Of a stretch of DNA of 64,000 nt, positions 13,983 through 26,712 are shown piece by piece. Location of the stretch: contig CM069149.1 of assembly GCA_035221665.1 (NCBI GenBank), positions 30,194,001-30,258,000 of the forward strand, written 5' to 3'. Under the pieces are notes generated by a model. The model saw only the letters and a program-made list of their open reading frames with translations, made no database searches and was not told where the DNA came from. The first letter of the stretch is position 1; each line of letters opens with the position of its first letter. The DNA is from Okamejei kenojei (taxonomy: Eukaryota). The translations under genes were made by a program, and so were the position numbers.

Positions 13983-15044
13983 CTAGAACACAAACACATA
14001 GAAGGACGTCAGAGGTGGGAGTCGGTCTCGGTGATCTGCGGCTGTGATGAAGCAGACCCAGGGCTGGTGTTCGCACTGGGAAACTGGCAATCGAACCACG
14101 GGGGCACCGAGTGACGACAGCACCGGCCCCGGGGGACAGGCCCCGCCCGATGCCTGGATTTGGACAGGAACCCCATCTGTGGCAAGGTGTTGGGTTGTAA
14201 GCTACCCAAGCAGAACATGAGGTGTGGTTCCTCCAATTACCAGTCGGGCCTCACACTGGTAATGGAGGAGGCCCAGGACAGACAGGTCGATATGGGAAAG
14301 GGAAGGAGAGTTAAAATGGATAGTAACCGAGAGATCCAGCAGGCCTTGTGTTCGGCGAATCAGTCTTAGGAGCAGGCCACATCATTGAATGCAGTAGATG
14401 GGCTGAACGCCCGTCTCAGCTAGAAGGACAGAAAGGTCACTAAGGACAGGGCTCAGTAATGTCTAATCACAGGGTCAGCGGTCACTGAACAAAGGGTCAG
14501 GGGAATCAAATTGTTACTATGTAGTTTTCAGGACTCACTCTAACAGTATGGTCAAAGGCAACGGGGTCAAGCTGCACACAGGGTCAAAGGCGTAAGAAGG
14601 AACTGCAGATGCTGAACACCGATGATAGACATAACATTCTGGAGTAACTCAGCGGGACAGGAAGCATCAGTGGAGGAAAGGAATAGGTGACGTTTCGTGT
14701 TGAGACCCTTCATCAGTCTGACCTGAAACATCACAGATTCGTTTTCTCCAGAGATGCTGCCTGACCTGCTGAGTTACTCCAGCACTTTGTGTCTATCACA
14801 GGGTCAAAGGGTTGAGAGGCCCCTTTGCACAAAGGCTGGTGTGGCCAGCGTTCATTCTGTACAAAGGATTATACATTCTGTACATAGTCAGGGGTGATTT
14901 TTGTGCATGGGGGCAAGAATAGGGATCACTCTGACCAAATGGTCAGCAGAGTCAGGGGTCACTCCTTACACAAGGTCAGTCGGGTCAAGTGTCTCTATAA
15001 ACTGTGGGTTCCTGATACTCTCTGTACGTGGGGTACTAACTCAC

Positions 15045-15090
15045 TTGTTTCACTGCAAGCTTCATAGCTTGTGACAGTTCTACCATAATC
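15045..15090 (-). pseudogene. Micro-exon 26, 46 nt (frameshifting +1) with intact splice sites
   Basis: One extra base (plus strand agctt vs agct) makes it 46 nt. Either a poison/pseudo-exon or an assembly error. Confidence 0.6.
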
Positions 15091-15898
15091 CTAAAACAAA
15101 CACACAGAAGGACGTCAGAGGTGGGAGTCGGTCTTGGTGATCTGCGGCTGTGATGAAGCAGGCCCAGGTCTGGTGTTCACACCGGACAACAGGGTTACCC
15201 GGTGACGACAGCACCAGCCCGGGGGGACAAACCCCACCTGATGCCTGGGTTTGGACAAGGTTTGAGGCGACTGGGGACCCCTGCTGAGGGGTCAGGGGCC
15301 ACTCTGTACACATGGTGAATTGTGTCAATGGTCACAACACACAAGAATTGGGTGAGAAGGGTCAAAAGTCATCCAGCACAGTGTCAGTGGGAAAAGAGGG
15401 TGAATGGGATCTATGTCACCCAATAAATAGGGTTTGTGGGAAAACGGGGTCTCTCTCTGTAGCCAGTGTGAGAATAGACAGGGGTTATTAGTGGATCGGG
15501 GGAGTAGGGTGTGTGGGTTCTTGGATTACTGTGTACACCTGGTTAATGGGGTCACAGCCACTCTGTATATAGGGTGAGTGGGGTCAGGGTCACTCTGCAC
15601 AGAGTGTGAGTGGATTCATAGGTTAGAGTGTATATGGTGTTAATGGGGCTACAGGTACTCGTACACAGGGTCAGAGGACACTCTGTAAAACAGGGTGAGT
15701 GGGCTCAGAGGTGAATCTGTAAACAGGATAATAAGGTCATGGGTGAACCTGTACACAGGGAGATGAGGCTGGCAGTGAATTTGAACACAGTGATGGAGTA
15801 GGCGTATAACTGTACACAGGGTGAGTGGGGGTCAGAGGTCACCATGTTCACAGGGTGAGTGGGGTCAGGGGTCACCGTGTTCTCTGCACCTTCTTTAA

Positions 15899-16225
15899 GC
15901 CCCTGTCCCACTTTCCCGAGTTACTCACGAACTCTCCAGAGTTTGTCCCTTGATTCGAACTCGGGGAATGTCGGGTAATGTCGGTAGCGAGCTCGTATGA
16001 GCCCGATGGAGTCCGTAGGTGTTTCGTAGCGGCTCGTAATGCCAGCCGTAGGAACTCGGAGCATCGGGTAAGTCGGGACATTTTTTCAACATGTTGAAAA
16101 ATGTCCACGAGTTTAAAAAATAGCCCCGAGTACCTGCGAACGGCTATTACCGTAATTCTCCGAGTTCGAATCAGGGGGAAAACTCAGGAGAGTTCGTGAG
16201 TAACTCGGGAAAGTGGAACAGGACC
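15899..16225. mobile_element. MITE with ~40-bp TIRs and TTAA flanks
   Basis: gcccctgtcccactttcccgagttactcacgaactctcc ... ggagagttcgtgagtaactcgggaaagtggaacaggacc, with TTAA on both sides. Empty site visible at ~25535 and ~26885. Confidence 0.85.
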
Positions 16226-16558
16226 TTAAAACTTTGCCCCCTGCACCTTACAGGTACGCAGAGACATCACCAGCATCTAGAAGCATCTAGACACGCCCTT
16301 GCATCGCACAGGCAGAGTAGACTGTGGTCCATGTGCAGGTAAATGGGATTAGTATAGTTGGGTCCGATAATTGGCATGGCCATGGTGGACAAAAGGGCCT
16401 GTTTCTCGTCCATTACGACTGCTCACAGAGTTAGTTAGGACAAGGGTTCCTCTGTACATGGGGTCAAGGATCACTCTGCGCACAAGAGCAGTGGGGTCAA
16501 GGGTTACTCTGTACACAGTGGGTTCCTCCTACTCTCTGTATGCAGGGTACTAACTCAC

Positions 16559-16603
16559 TTGTTTCCCTGCAATCTTCATAGCTGTAACACGTCTGTCATA
16601 ATC
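16559..16603 (-). CDS. Micro-exon 25 (45 nt) DYDRRVTAMKIAGKQ
   Basis: Intact AG / GTgagtt. Confidence 0.7.
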
Positions 16604-17032
16604 CTAAAACGCAAACACACAGGACGTCAGAGGTGGGATCTGCAGCAGCGATGAACCCCATCCAAGGCAAGGTTAGAGGTGATGGGGGGCCCTCTGTTAG
16701 GAGTCACTCTCCTCACAGGGTATGTGGGGTCAGGGATCATTCTGAGTGGCGTCTGCAGTGACTGTAGGCAAGTGGGTGGGGTCAGGGGTCACTGCACAAG
16801 GTGCATGGGGTCACTCTACACACTTTCAATGGTCACACTGTAAAGAAGGTGAGTGGTGTCAAGGGTCACTCTATATACAAGACGAGTGGGGTCAGGGGTC
16901 ACTGGGTTGGTGGGGTCAGGGCTTACTGTGTTTACCGGGTGAGCGGAGTCACCGGTCACTGTGTTAACAGGGTGAGAGGGGTCAGGGGTCACCATATCCA
17001 CAAGGTGAATGGAGTCAGGGGACAATGTACCA

Positions 17033-17418
17033 CAAAGATCCTATAGCAAGCAAGATAGTCCACTCGACGAAAAAGACGTAGTATGGTCATGGGCAGATTC
17101 ATGGGTGATTTTCGGCTCCATTTCCGTAACCGGCTTCCGTCTCCGCACCAAAGATCCCATAGGATACTAGTGCGGAGACGGAAGCCGTTTACAGAAACAT
17201 CCTCATAAAAATAAAAGTTAATTGGTAAAAGTCTTCTCCTCATTTTCAGAATTTAAATTTATTAACACAAACTGTTCCCCCGCAACGTTGATTACACTGC
17301 GAGTCGGGTCAGGTGCGGTTACGGAAATGGATGAAAAAAAGGCCCACATTCCGTTCCTACACGTTAGCCCATTGCATTTAGCAGGAGTGATCTATCTTGC
17401 TCCGCTATAGGATCTTTG
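17033..17418. mobile_element. hAT-like MITE (TIR CAAAGATCCTATAGC)
   Basis: 15-bp terminal inverted repeats and an internal hairpin. Opposite orientation and different flanks from the 29801 family, so an independent insertion. Confidence 0.82.
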
Positions 17419-17502
17419 CTGTACAATGGGTGAGTGGGGTCAGGGGCCACCGGGTTCGTAGAGTGAGTGGGGTTGTCATTCTCGCTACCTGAACTAACTC
17501 AC

Positions 17503-17547
17503 ATTTCTCTCTGCCGGCTGGGTCATTGGCTCATGTCCTAAATTATC
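17503..17547 (-). CDS. Micro-exon 24 (45 nt) DNLGHEPMTQPAERN
   Basis: Intact AG / GTgagtt. Confidence 0.7.
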
Positions 17548-17982
17548 CTAAAACACAGAAACATAGCGATAAACTCATCAACAATCTGCAGGTCTGCTCC
17601 CGATGTAAATCTGAGCTGCCCACGGTGCCTGGAATGGTTCCCTGGACTGGGTGTGAATGGTCAGTCTGTACACAGGGTTGTGATCAGGGGTCAATCTGTA
17701 TGCACGTTATGGAGGGGTGGGGGGGTCACTCTGTTCACAGGTTCAATTGGATTAGGGTTAGTCAGTACATGGGGCCAATGGGTGACTTGGTGTTTTTGTG
17801 GAGGGGGAGGTGGGTTGTCTGAGACTACAACATGGTATGGATCAGGTGGAAGGCTAGATGGAGCAACGGTAGATGGTATTTAATCCTGACAATTGTGAGG
17901 CAGGGCACAAGAGCAGTGGGGTCAGGGGTTACTTGTACACAGTGGGTTCCTCCTACTCTTTGTACACAGGGCACTAACTCAC

Positions 17983-18027
17983 TTGTTTCCCTGCAATCTT
18001 CATAGCCGTAACACGTCTGTCATAATC
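17983..18027 (-). CDS. Micro-exon 23 (45 nt) DYDRRVTAMKIAGKQ
   Basis: Acceptor tttaAG (AAG); donor GTgagtt. Confidence 0.62.
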
Positions 18028-18547
18028 CTTAAACACAAACACACAGGAAGTCAGAGGTAGGATCTGCGGCTGCGATGAAGCAGGAACCCCATCTAAGGGA
18101 AGGTTAGAGGTGACGGGGGGGCTTCTGTTAGGAGTCACTCCCCTCACAGGATGATCAGCCATGATCACATGGAATGGCATTGCTGGCTTCATGGGCCATA
18201 TGGCCTACTCCTGCACCTAATGTCCATTGTATGTGGGGTCAGGGATCACGCTGTACACAGTGAGGCAGTGTGGCTCTGTACACATGGGGAGTGGCATCAG
18301 CGGTCTGTGGATGTGGGTGGGGTCAGGGGTCACTCTGCATACAATGAGTGGTGTCAAGGGTCACACTGTGATCCGGATGATAGGGGTCAATGGTCACCCT
18401 GTATATGGGTGAGTGGGATCAGGGGTCACCGTGTTCACAGGGCGAGTGGGGTCAGGGGTCACTGTGTTCACAGGGCAAGTGGGGTCAGGGGTCACTGTGT
18501 TTACAAGGTGAGTGGGGTTGTCGTTCCCTCTACCTCAACTAACTCAC

Positions 18548-18592
18548 ATTTCTCTCTGCCGGGTGGGTCATTGGCTCACGTCCTAAATTATC
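18548..18592 (-). CDS. Micro-exon 22 (45 nt) DNLGREPMTHPAERN
   Basis: Intact AG / GTgagtt. Confidence 0.7.
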
Positions 18593-19773
18593 CTAAAACA
18601 CAGAAACATAGCGATAAACTCATCAACAATCTGCAGGTCCACTCCTGATGTAAATCTGAGCTGCCCACGGTGCCTGGGATGGTTCCCTGCACTGGGTGTG
18701 AGGGGTATGAACATCAACCTGACAAGGTAAAAAGGTGTAATGGGTCATTGTACTCAGGGTCAGTGGGGTCATGGGTCGGTCTGTACACGGGGTCGTGGTC
18801 ATGGGTCAATCTGTACACACGTTTGGGGGGGGGGGGTCACTCTGTTCACAGATTCACTTGGATCAGGGTCAGTCAATACAAGGGGTCAATGGGTGACCTG
18901 GTGTTTTTGTGGAGAGGGAGGTGGGTTGTCTGAGACTACAACATGGTATGGATCAGGTGGAAGGCTGGATGGAGCAACGGTAGATGGTATTTAATCCTGA
19001 CAATTATGAGGCGGTGCACTTTCCAAGGGGAAGCGCACCGGACAACAGGGGTACCCGGTGACGACAGCAGCGGCTCGGGGGGACAAACCCCACCTGATGC
19101 CTGGGTTTGGACAGGAACCCATTCCATGGCAAGGTTAGAGGCAACTGGGGACCCCTGCTGAGGGGTCAGGGGCCACTCTGTACACATGGTGAATTGTGTC
19201 AATGGTCACAATACACAAGAATTGGGTGAGAAGGGTCAAAAGGCATCCAGCACAGTGTCAGTGGGAAAAGAGAGTGAATGGGATCTATGTCACCCAATAA
19301 ATAGGGTTTGTGGGAAAACGGGGTCTCTCTCTGTAGCCAGTGTGAGACTAGACTGGGGTTATTAGTGGATCGGAGGAGTAGGGTGTGTGGGTTCTTGGAT
19401 TACAGTGTACACCTGGTTAATGGGGTCACAGCCACTCTGTATATAGGGTGAGTGGGGTCAGGGTCACTCTGTACAGAGGGTGAGTGGATTCATAGGTTAC
19501 AGTGTATATGGTGTTAATGGGGCTACAGGTACTCGTACACAGGGTCAGAGGACACTCTGTAAAACAGGGTGAGTGGGCTCAGAGGTGAATCTGTAAACAG
19601 GATAATAAGGTCATGGGTGAACCTGTACACAGGGAGATGAGGCCGGCAGTGAATTTGAACACAGTGATGGAGTCAGGGGTCTATCTGTACACAGGGTGAG
19701 TGTGGGTCAGAGGTCACCATGTTCACAGGGTGAGTGGGGTCAGGGGCCACCGTGTTCTCTGCACCTTCTTTAA

Positions 19774-20091
19774 GCCCCTGTCCCACTTTCCCGAGTTACT
19801 CATGAACTCTCCTGAGTTTGTCCCTTGATTCGAACTCGGGGAATGTCGGGTAATGTCGGTAGCGAGCTCGTATGAGCCTGATGGAGTCCGTAGATGTTTC
19901 GTAGCGGCTCGTAATGCCAGCCGTAGGGAACTCGGAGCATCAGGTAAGTCGGGACATGTTGAAAAATGTCCACGTTTAAAAAATAGCCCCGAGTACCTAC
20001 GAACGGCTATTACCGTAATTCTCCGAGTTCGAATCAGGGGGAAAACTCAGGAGAGTTCGTGAGTAACTCAGGAAAGTGTAAAAACAGGGCC
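19774..20091. mobile_element. Duplicate copy of the TTAA MITE
   Basis: Same flanks as the 15899 copy, so copied by segmental duplication rather than a new insertion. Confidence 0.85.
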
Positions 20092-20383
20092 TTAAAACTT
20101 TGCCCCCTGCACCTTACAGGTATGCAGAGACATCACCAGCATTTTAGAAGCATCTAGACACGCCCTTGCATTGCACAGGCAGAGTAGACTGTGGTCCATA
20201 TGCAGGTAAATGGGATTAGTATAGTTGGGTCCGATAATTGGCATGGCCATGGTGGGCAAAAGGGCCCGTTTCTAGGCCCGTTTCTAGTGCAGTTCACGAG
20301 GCAGGGCACAAGAGCAGTGGGGTCAGGGGTTACTTGTACACAGTGGGTTCCTCCTACTCTTTGTACACAGGGCACTAACTCAC

Positions 20384-20428
20384 TTGTTTCCCTGCAATCT
20401 TCATAGCCGTAACACGTCTGTCATAATC
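20384..20428 (-). CDS. Micro-exon 21 (45 nt) DYDRRVTAMKIAGKQ
   Basis: Acceptor tttaAG (AAG); donor GTgagtt. Confidence 0.62.
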
Positions 20429-20916
20429 CTTAAACACAAACACACAGGAAGTCAGAGGTAGGATCTGCGGCTGCGATGAAGCAGGAACCCCATCTAAGGG
20501 AAGGTTAGAGGTGACGGGGGGCTTCTGTTAGGAGTCACTCCCCTCACAGGATGATCAGCCATGATCACATGGAATGGCATTGCTGGCTTCATGGGCCATA
20601 TGGCCTACTCCTGCACCTAATGTCCATTGTATGTGGGGTCAGGGATCACGCTGTACACAGTGAGGCAGTGTGGCTCTGTACACATGGGGAGTGGCATCAG
20701 CGGTGACTGTGGATGTGGGTGGGGTCAGGGGTCACTCTGCATACAATGAGTGGTGTCAAGGGTCACACTGTGATGCGGATGATAGGGGTCAATGGTCACC
20801 CTGTATATAGGTGAGAGGGATCAGGGGTCACCGTGTTCACAGGGCGAGTGGGGTCAGGGGTCACTGTGTTTACAAGGTGAGTGGGGTTGTCGTTCCCTCT
20901 ACCTCAACTAACTCAC

Positions 20917-20961
20917 ATTTCTCTCTGCCGGGTGGGTCATTGGCTCACGTCCTAAATTATC
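20917..20961 (-). CDS. Micro-exon 20 (45 nt) DNLGREPMTHPAERN
   Basis: Intact AG / GTgagtt; only frame 0 is stop-free. Confidence 0.7.
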
Positions 20962-21379
20962 CTAAAACACAGAAACATAGCGATAAACTCATCAACAATC
21001 TGCAGGTCCACTCCTGATGTAAATCTGAGCTGCCCACGGTGCCTGGGATGGTTCCCTGCACTGGGTGTGAGGGGTATGAACATCAACCTAACAAGGTAAA
21101 AAGGTGTAATGGGTCATTGTACTAAGGCCAGTGGGGTCATGGGTCGGTCTGTACACGGGGTCGTGGTCATGGGTCAATCTGTATACACGTTTGGGGGGGG
21201 GGTCACTGTGTTCACAGATTCACTTGGATCAGGGTCAGTCAATACAAAGGGTCAATGGGTGACTTGGTGTTTTTGTGGAGAGGGAGGTGGGTTGTCTGAG
21301 ACTACAACATGGTATGGATCAGGTGGAAGGCTGGATGGAGCAACGGTAGATGGTATTTAATCCTGACAATTATGAGGCG

Positions 21380-22295
21380 GTGCACTTTCCAAGGGCAGTC
21401 AAGGGAAAGGTGCACACAGTAAATGGTAGATGCCTAGAGTGTTGATGAACAGATGGACCTTTGGGTAGAGGACCACTATCCCTGGAACTGGCAGCACAAG
21501 TTGAGAGGGTGGTGAAAAATGCATCTGGGATGCTTGTCTTCACTGTTCAGGGCAGAGAATATAAGAGCGTGGACATGGTGTTACAGATTTATAAAACACT
21601 GGTTAGGGCTCACCTCAGTATTGCGAGCAGCCCTGGTCACCACACGATAGGACAGGACTGATTACACTGGGGAACATGCTTAGACAATTTGAGATATTGA
21701 ATGGTTTGGAGCATTTCATAGAACAGTACAGAACAGGAACAAGCCCATTGGTCCAGGATGTCTGTGCAGAACATGATTCCAAGATCTGCCTGCACATAAT
21801 CCATAATCATCCATTCACTGCTTCTTAAAAGCCACGATCGTATGTGCCTCCACCACCAGGCTGGCATTTATTCCTCAGTTATAAAGAGAAAGTGGATAGG
21901 CAGAATTGGCTTACCCTGGAGTTTTGCAGTCTAATGGATGACCTGATAGAAGTATACAAATTTATGAGCGGAGTGGAAGAGATAGGATGGATAGCAAAAA
22001 TATTTTTCCCCATGCTTGCGGTGTCTGAGATTTGAGGGAATGGGTTTAAAGTGAAAGGGTTAGAGAAGACTGAAAGGGAATTATTTCACAAAGATTGTGA
22101 TTGGAACTTGGAATGCGCTGCCCGAGGCAGTGGTGGAAACAGAGACATCACCAGCATTTAAGAAGCATCTAGACGCACTTGCATCGCAGGCAGAGACTGA
22201 GGTCCATATGCAGGTAAATGGGATTAGTATAGTTGGGTCCAATAATTGGCATGGCCGTGGTAGGCCAAAGGCCTGTTTCTAGTGCTGTACGACTG
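21380..22295 (+). mobile_element. CR1-derived block inside the array (duplicated at ~24610-26045 and ~26713-27370)
   Basis: LQIYKTLVRAHL and WNALPEAVVE motifs; CR1 3' UTR. Confidence 0.8.
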
Positions 22296-22432
22296 TTCAC
22301 AGAGTCAGTCAGGGCAAGGGTCCCTCGGTACATGGGGTCAAGGGTCACTCCGCGCACAAGAGCAGTGGGGTCAGGAGTTTCTCTGTACACAGTGGGTTCC
22401 TCCTACTCTCTGTACACAGGGTACTAACTCAC

Positions 22433-22477
22433 TTGTTTCCCTGCAATCTTCATAGCTGTAACACGTCTGTCATAATC
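22433..22477 (-). CDS. Micro-exon 19 (45 nt) DYDRRVTAMKIAGKQ
   Basis: Intact AG / GTgagtt. Confidence 0.7.
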
Positions 22478-22989
22478 CTAAAACACAAACACACAGGACG
22501 TGAGAGGTGGGATCTGCGGCTGCGATGAAGCAGGAACCCCATCCAAGGCAAGGTTAGAGGTGACGGGGGGGCCTTCTGTTAGGAGTCACTCTCCTCACAG
22601 GGTATGGGGGTCAGGGATCACTCTGTACACAGTGAGTCAGGGTGGCTCTGTACACATGGGGAGTGGAGTCAGTGGTGACTGTAGACAAGTGGGTGGGGTC
22701 AGGGGTCGCTCTGTACACATTGAGTGAAGTCAAGGGTCACACTGTAATGAGGGTGAGTGGGGTCAAGGATCACTCTATACAAGGCGAGTGGGGTAAGGGG
22801 TCACACTGTGACGAGGGTGAGTGGGGTCAAGGGTCACTCTGGATACAAGGCGAGCGATATCAGGGGCACCGTGTTCACAGGGTGAGTGAGGTCAGGAGTC
22901 ACCATGTTTTCAAAGGTGAGTGGGGTCTAGAGTCACCATGTTTTCAAGGGTGAGTGGGGTTGTAATTTCCTCTACCTGAACTAACTCAC

Positions 22990-23034
22990 AATGTTTCTCT
23001 GCCAGGCGGTCATTGGCTCACCTCCTAAATTATC
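22990..23034 (-). pseudogene. Micro-exon 18, broken; acceptor AG>GG
   Basis: Plus strand reads tatcccaaaa instead of tatcctaaaa. The exon body also carries compensating indels (DNLGGEPMTAWQRNI). Confidence 0.7.
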
Positions 23035-24207
23035 CCAAAACACAGAAACACAGCAATAAACTCATCCACAATCTGCAGGTCTGCTCCCGATGTAAATCTG
23101 AGCTGACCACGGTGCCTGGGATGGTTCCCTGCACTAGGTGTGAGGGGTATGAACATCAACCTGACATCATCATCATTTATACAAGGAAAAAAAGTGTAAT
23201 GGACCATTGAACCCAGGGTCAGTGGGTTCAAGGGTCAGTCTGTACACAGGGTCATAATCAGGGGTCAATCTTTATGCACGTTATGGGGCGGTGGGGTCAC
23301 TCTGTTCACAGATTCACTTGGATCAGGGTCAGTTAGTACATGTGGCCAATGGGCAACTTGGTGCTTTTGTGGAGAGGGAGGTGGGTTGTCTGAGACTACA
23401 ACATGGTATGGATCAGGTGGAAGGCTAGATGGAGAAACTGTAGATGGTATTTAGTCCTGACAATTGTGAGGCGGTGCACTTTCCAAGAGGATGATTAGAA
23501 CTGCATGCTATACTCCCCAAATGTGGTCATAAGCTGCATTGTGACTTCCTGACCCTTCGACTCAACCAGTGAGGGCAAGCATACCACATACCTTCTTTAT
23601 CTGCTGGTGTTGCCACTTTCCGGGAGCTATGAAGATCTCTGTGCATCAATGTTGTTAAGAGTCTTGCCATTAACTGTATGTTTTTCCATTCAATCCTCCA
23701 AAATGCAAAACCTCACACATTTGCTCAGATTAACTCAATCTACCATTTTTTTCAGTCATTTCTGTTGCTGAACTATATCCCACTGAATTCTTTGACAGAC
23801 CTTCTCACTGTCTGCAATGTGTAAGGCAGTTTTGAATCCAAATGACCATGTCACTGAGGGGGTCACACAAATACTGTGCAAGTGGAGTCAGGGGTCACAA
23901 AAACACTGTGTGAGTGGGGTCAGGGTTTACCGGGTTCACAGGGTGAGTGGGGTCAGGGGTCACCGTGTTCACAGAGCGAGTGGGGCCAGGGGTCACCATG
24001 TTCACAGGGAGAGTGGGGTCAGGGGTCACTGTGTTCACAGAGCGAGTGGGGTCAGTGGTCACCGTGTTCACAGGGTGAGTGGGGTCAGGGGTCACCAGGT
24101 TCACAGGGTGAAAGGGGTCAGTGATCACCATGTTCACAGGGTGAGTGGGGTCAGGGGTCCCTGTTCACAAGGTGAGTGGGGTTGTCGTTTCCTCTACCTG
24201 AACTCAC

Positions 24208-24252
24208 ACGTCTCTCTGCCGGGTGGGTCATTGGCTCACGTCCTAAATTATC
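24208..24252 (-). CDS. Micro-exon 17 (45 nt) DNLGREPMTHPAERR
   Basis: Intact AG / GTgagtt. Confidence 0.7.
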
Positions 24253-26183
24253 CTAAAACACAGAAACACAGCGATAAACTCATCGACAACTGCTCCCGAT
24301 GTAAATCTGAGCTGCCCGCGGTGCCTGGGATGATTCCCTGGACTGGGTGTGAGGGGTATGAACATCAATCTGACATTATCATCCTTTATACAAGGAAAAA
24401 AAGTGTAATGCATCATTGTACTCAGGGTCAAGGGTCAGTCTGTACACAGGTCGTGGTCAGGGGTCAATCTGTATACATGTTATTGGGGTACATGGAGTCA
24501 ATAGGTGACGGTGTTTTTGTGGAGAGGGAGGTGGGTTGTCTGAGACTACAACATGGTATGGATCAGGTGGAAGGAGCAACGGTAGATTGTATTTAATCCT
24601 GACAATTGTGAGGCGGTGCACTTTCCAAGGGTAGTCAAGGGTAAGGTGTACACAGTAAACGGTAGATGCCTAGAGTGTTGATGAACAGAGGGACCTTTGA
24701 GTAGAGGCCTACCTATCCCTGGAACTGGCAGCACAAGTGGAGAGGGTGGTGAAGAAGGCATCTGGGATGCTTGTCTTGACTAGTCAGGGCAGAGAATATA
24801 ACAGCACGGACATGGTGTTACAGCTTTATAAAACACTGGTTAGGGCTCACCTCAGTATTGCGAGCAGGTCTGGTCACCACACGATAGGACAGGACTGATT
24901 ACACTGGGGAACATGCTTAGACAATTTGAGAAATGGAATGGTTTGAAGCAGGGATGGGGAATCTGCGGTCTTAAGGCCACATGTGGCCTTCTAAGCCATC
25001 AAGTGCGGCCTTTTGAATGAATCCAGATTTTGTAGAACAAATCTTTTTATTATTATTAATTTGTTTTTTGTTCATCTTTTATTATTTTTATTTTAATCTT
25101 AAAATTAACTTATTTAAAATACCAAGGAGTAAAAGAAGATTCAACGAAATAATCCTCCCCAAATGACAGCCACAATTAAAACATCAGTAAGTCATGAGGG
25201 CTATTTTAACAAAATAATATACATTTTGAAGTATATTTAATTGAAGCTTTTTGGATGCAGCCTTATTAGATCACAGCTAACTTAATGCGGCCTTCCACCA
25301 TGAAAAGGCTCCCCACCCCTGGTTTGGAGCATTTCATAGAACAGTACAGAACAGGAACAAGCCCATTGGCCCAGGAGGTGTGTGTAGAACATTCAAAGAT
25401 CTGCCTGCACATAATCCATAATCTTCCATTCATTGCCTCTTCAACGCCACGATCGTATGTGCCTCCACCACCAGGCCTGGCAGAGCGTTCAAGGCTACCA
25501 CTATCCTCTGTATAAAAAACATTCCCTGCACCTTCTTTAAACATTGCCCCCCGCACCTTACAGATATGCTTTCTAGTTGTTCATATTTCTAACCTGGGAG
25601 AAAAAAGTTTTGCCTACATTATTTATTCCTCAGTTATAAGGAGAAAGTGGATAGGCTGAATTTGCTTTCCCTAGAGTTTTGGAGGCTGACAGATGAGCTG
25701 ATAGAAGTATACAAAATTATGAGCGGAGTGGAATAGATAGGATTGATAGCAAAAATCTTTTTCCCATGGTAGCGGTGTCTGAGGTTTGAGGGAATGGGTT
25801 TAAAGTGAGAGGGTTAGAGAGGACTGAAAGGGAATTCTTTCACAAAGAATGTGATTAGAATCTGGAATGTGCTGCCCGAGGCAGAGGTGGAAGCAGAGAC
25901 ATCACAGGATTTAAGAGGTATCTATACAGGCCCATGCATCGCACAGACTGAGGTCCATATGTAGGTAAATGGTATTAGTATAGATGGGTCCAATAATTGG
26001 CATGGCCATGGTAGGCCAAATGGGCTGTTTCTAGTGCTGTACGACTGTTTACAGAGTCAGTCAGGGCAAGGGTCCCTCGGTACATGGGGTCAAGGGTCAC
26101 TCCACGCACAAGAGCAGTGGGGTCAGGGGTTACTTGTACACAGTGGATTCCTCTTACTCTCTGTACACAGGGTACTAACTCAC

Positions 26184-26228
26184 TTGTTTCCCTGCAATCT
26201 TCATAGTTGTAACACGTCTGTCATAATC
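26184..26228 (-). CDS. Micro-exon 16 (45 nt) DYDRRVTTMKIAGKQ
   Basis: Intact AG / GTgagtt. Confidence 0.7.
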
Positions 26229-26667
26229 CTAAAACACAAACACACAGGACGTCAGAGGTGGGATCTTCAGCAGCGATGAAGCAGGAACCCGATCCAAGGC
26301 AAGGTTAGAGGTGACGGGGGGGGGGGCCTCTGTTAGGAGTCACTCTCCTCACATGGTATATGTGGTCAGGGATCATTCTGTACACAATGAATCAGGGTGG
26401 CTCTGAACACATGGGGAGTGGCATCAGCGGTGACTGTAGACAAGTGGATGGGGTCAGGTGTCACTGCACAAGGGGCATGGGGTCACTCTATACAAGTGAG
26501 TGAGGGCAAAGGTCACAATGTAAAGAGGGTGAGTGGGGTCAGGGTTCACTATATTCACAAGGTGAATGGGGTCAGGGGTCACTGTGTTCACGGGATGAGT
26601 GAGGTCAGGGGTCACCGTGTTCACAGAGTGAGTTGAGTTGTCATTCTTGCTACATGAACTAACTCAC

Positions 26668-26712
26668 ATGTCTCTCTGCCGGGTGGGTCATTGGCTCACG
26701 TCCTAAATTATC
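26668..26712 (-). pseudogene. Micro-exon 15, broken (DNLGREPMTHPAERH); acceptor deleted
   Basis: Donor intact, but the AG and pyrimidine tract are replaced by sequence that lies ~0.8 kb further away in the sister unit (compare 20961 with 21750). Confidence 0.7.

Noticed and set aside
23817-24596. Plus-strand ORFs with (HRVSGVRGHxV)n or (QGEWGQGS)n repeats suggesting a Gly/His-rich structural protein
   Set aside because: They are translations of the 33-nt satellite, open in several frames, with no consistent splice structure or signal peptide. The constrained signals are on the minus strand.
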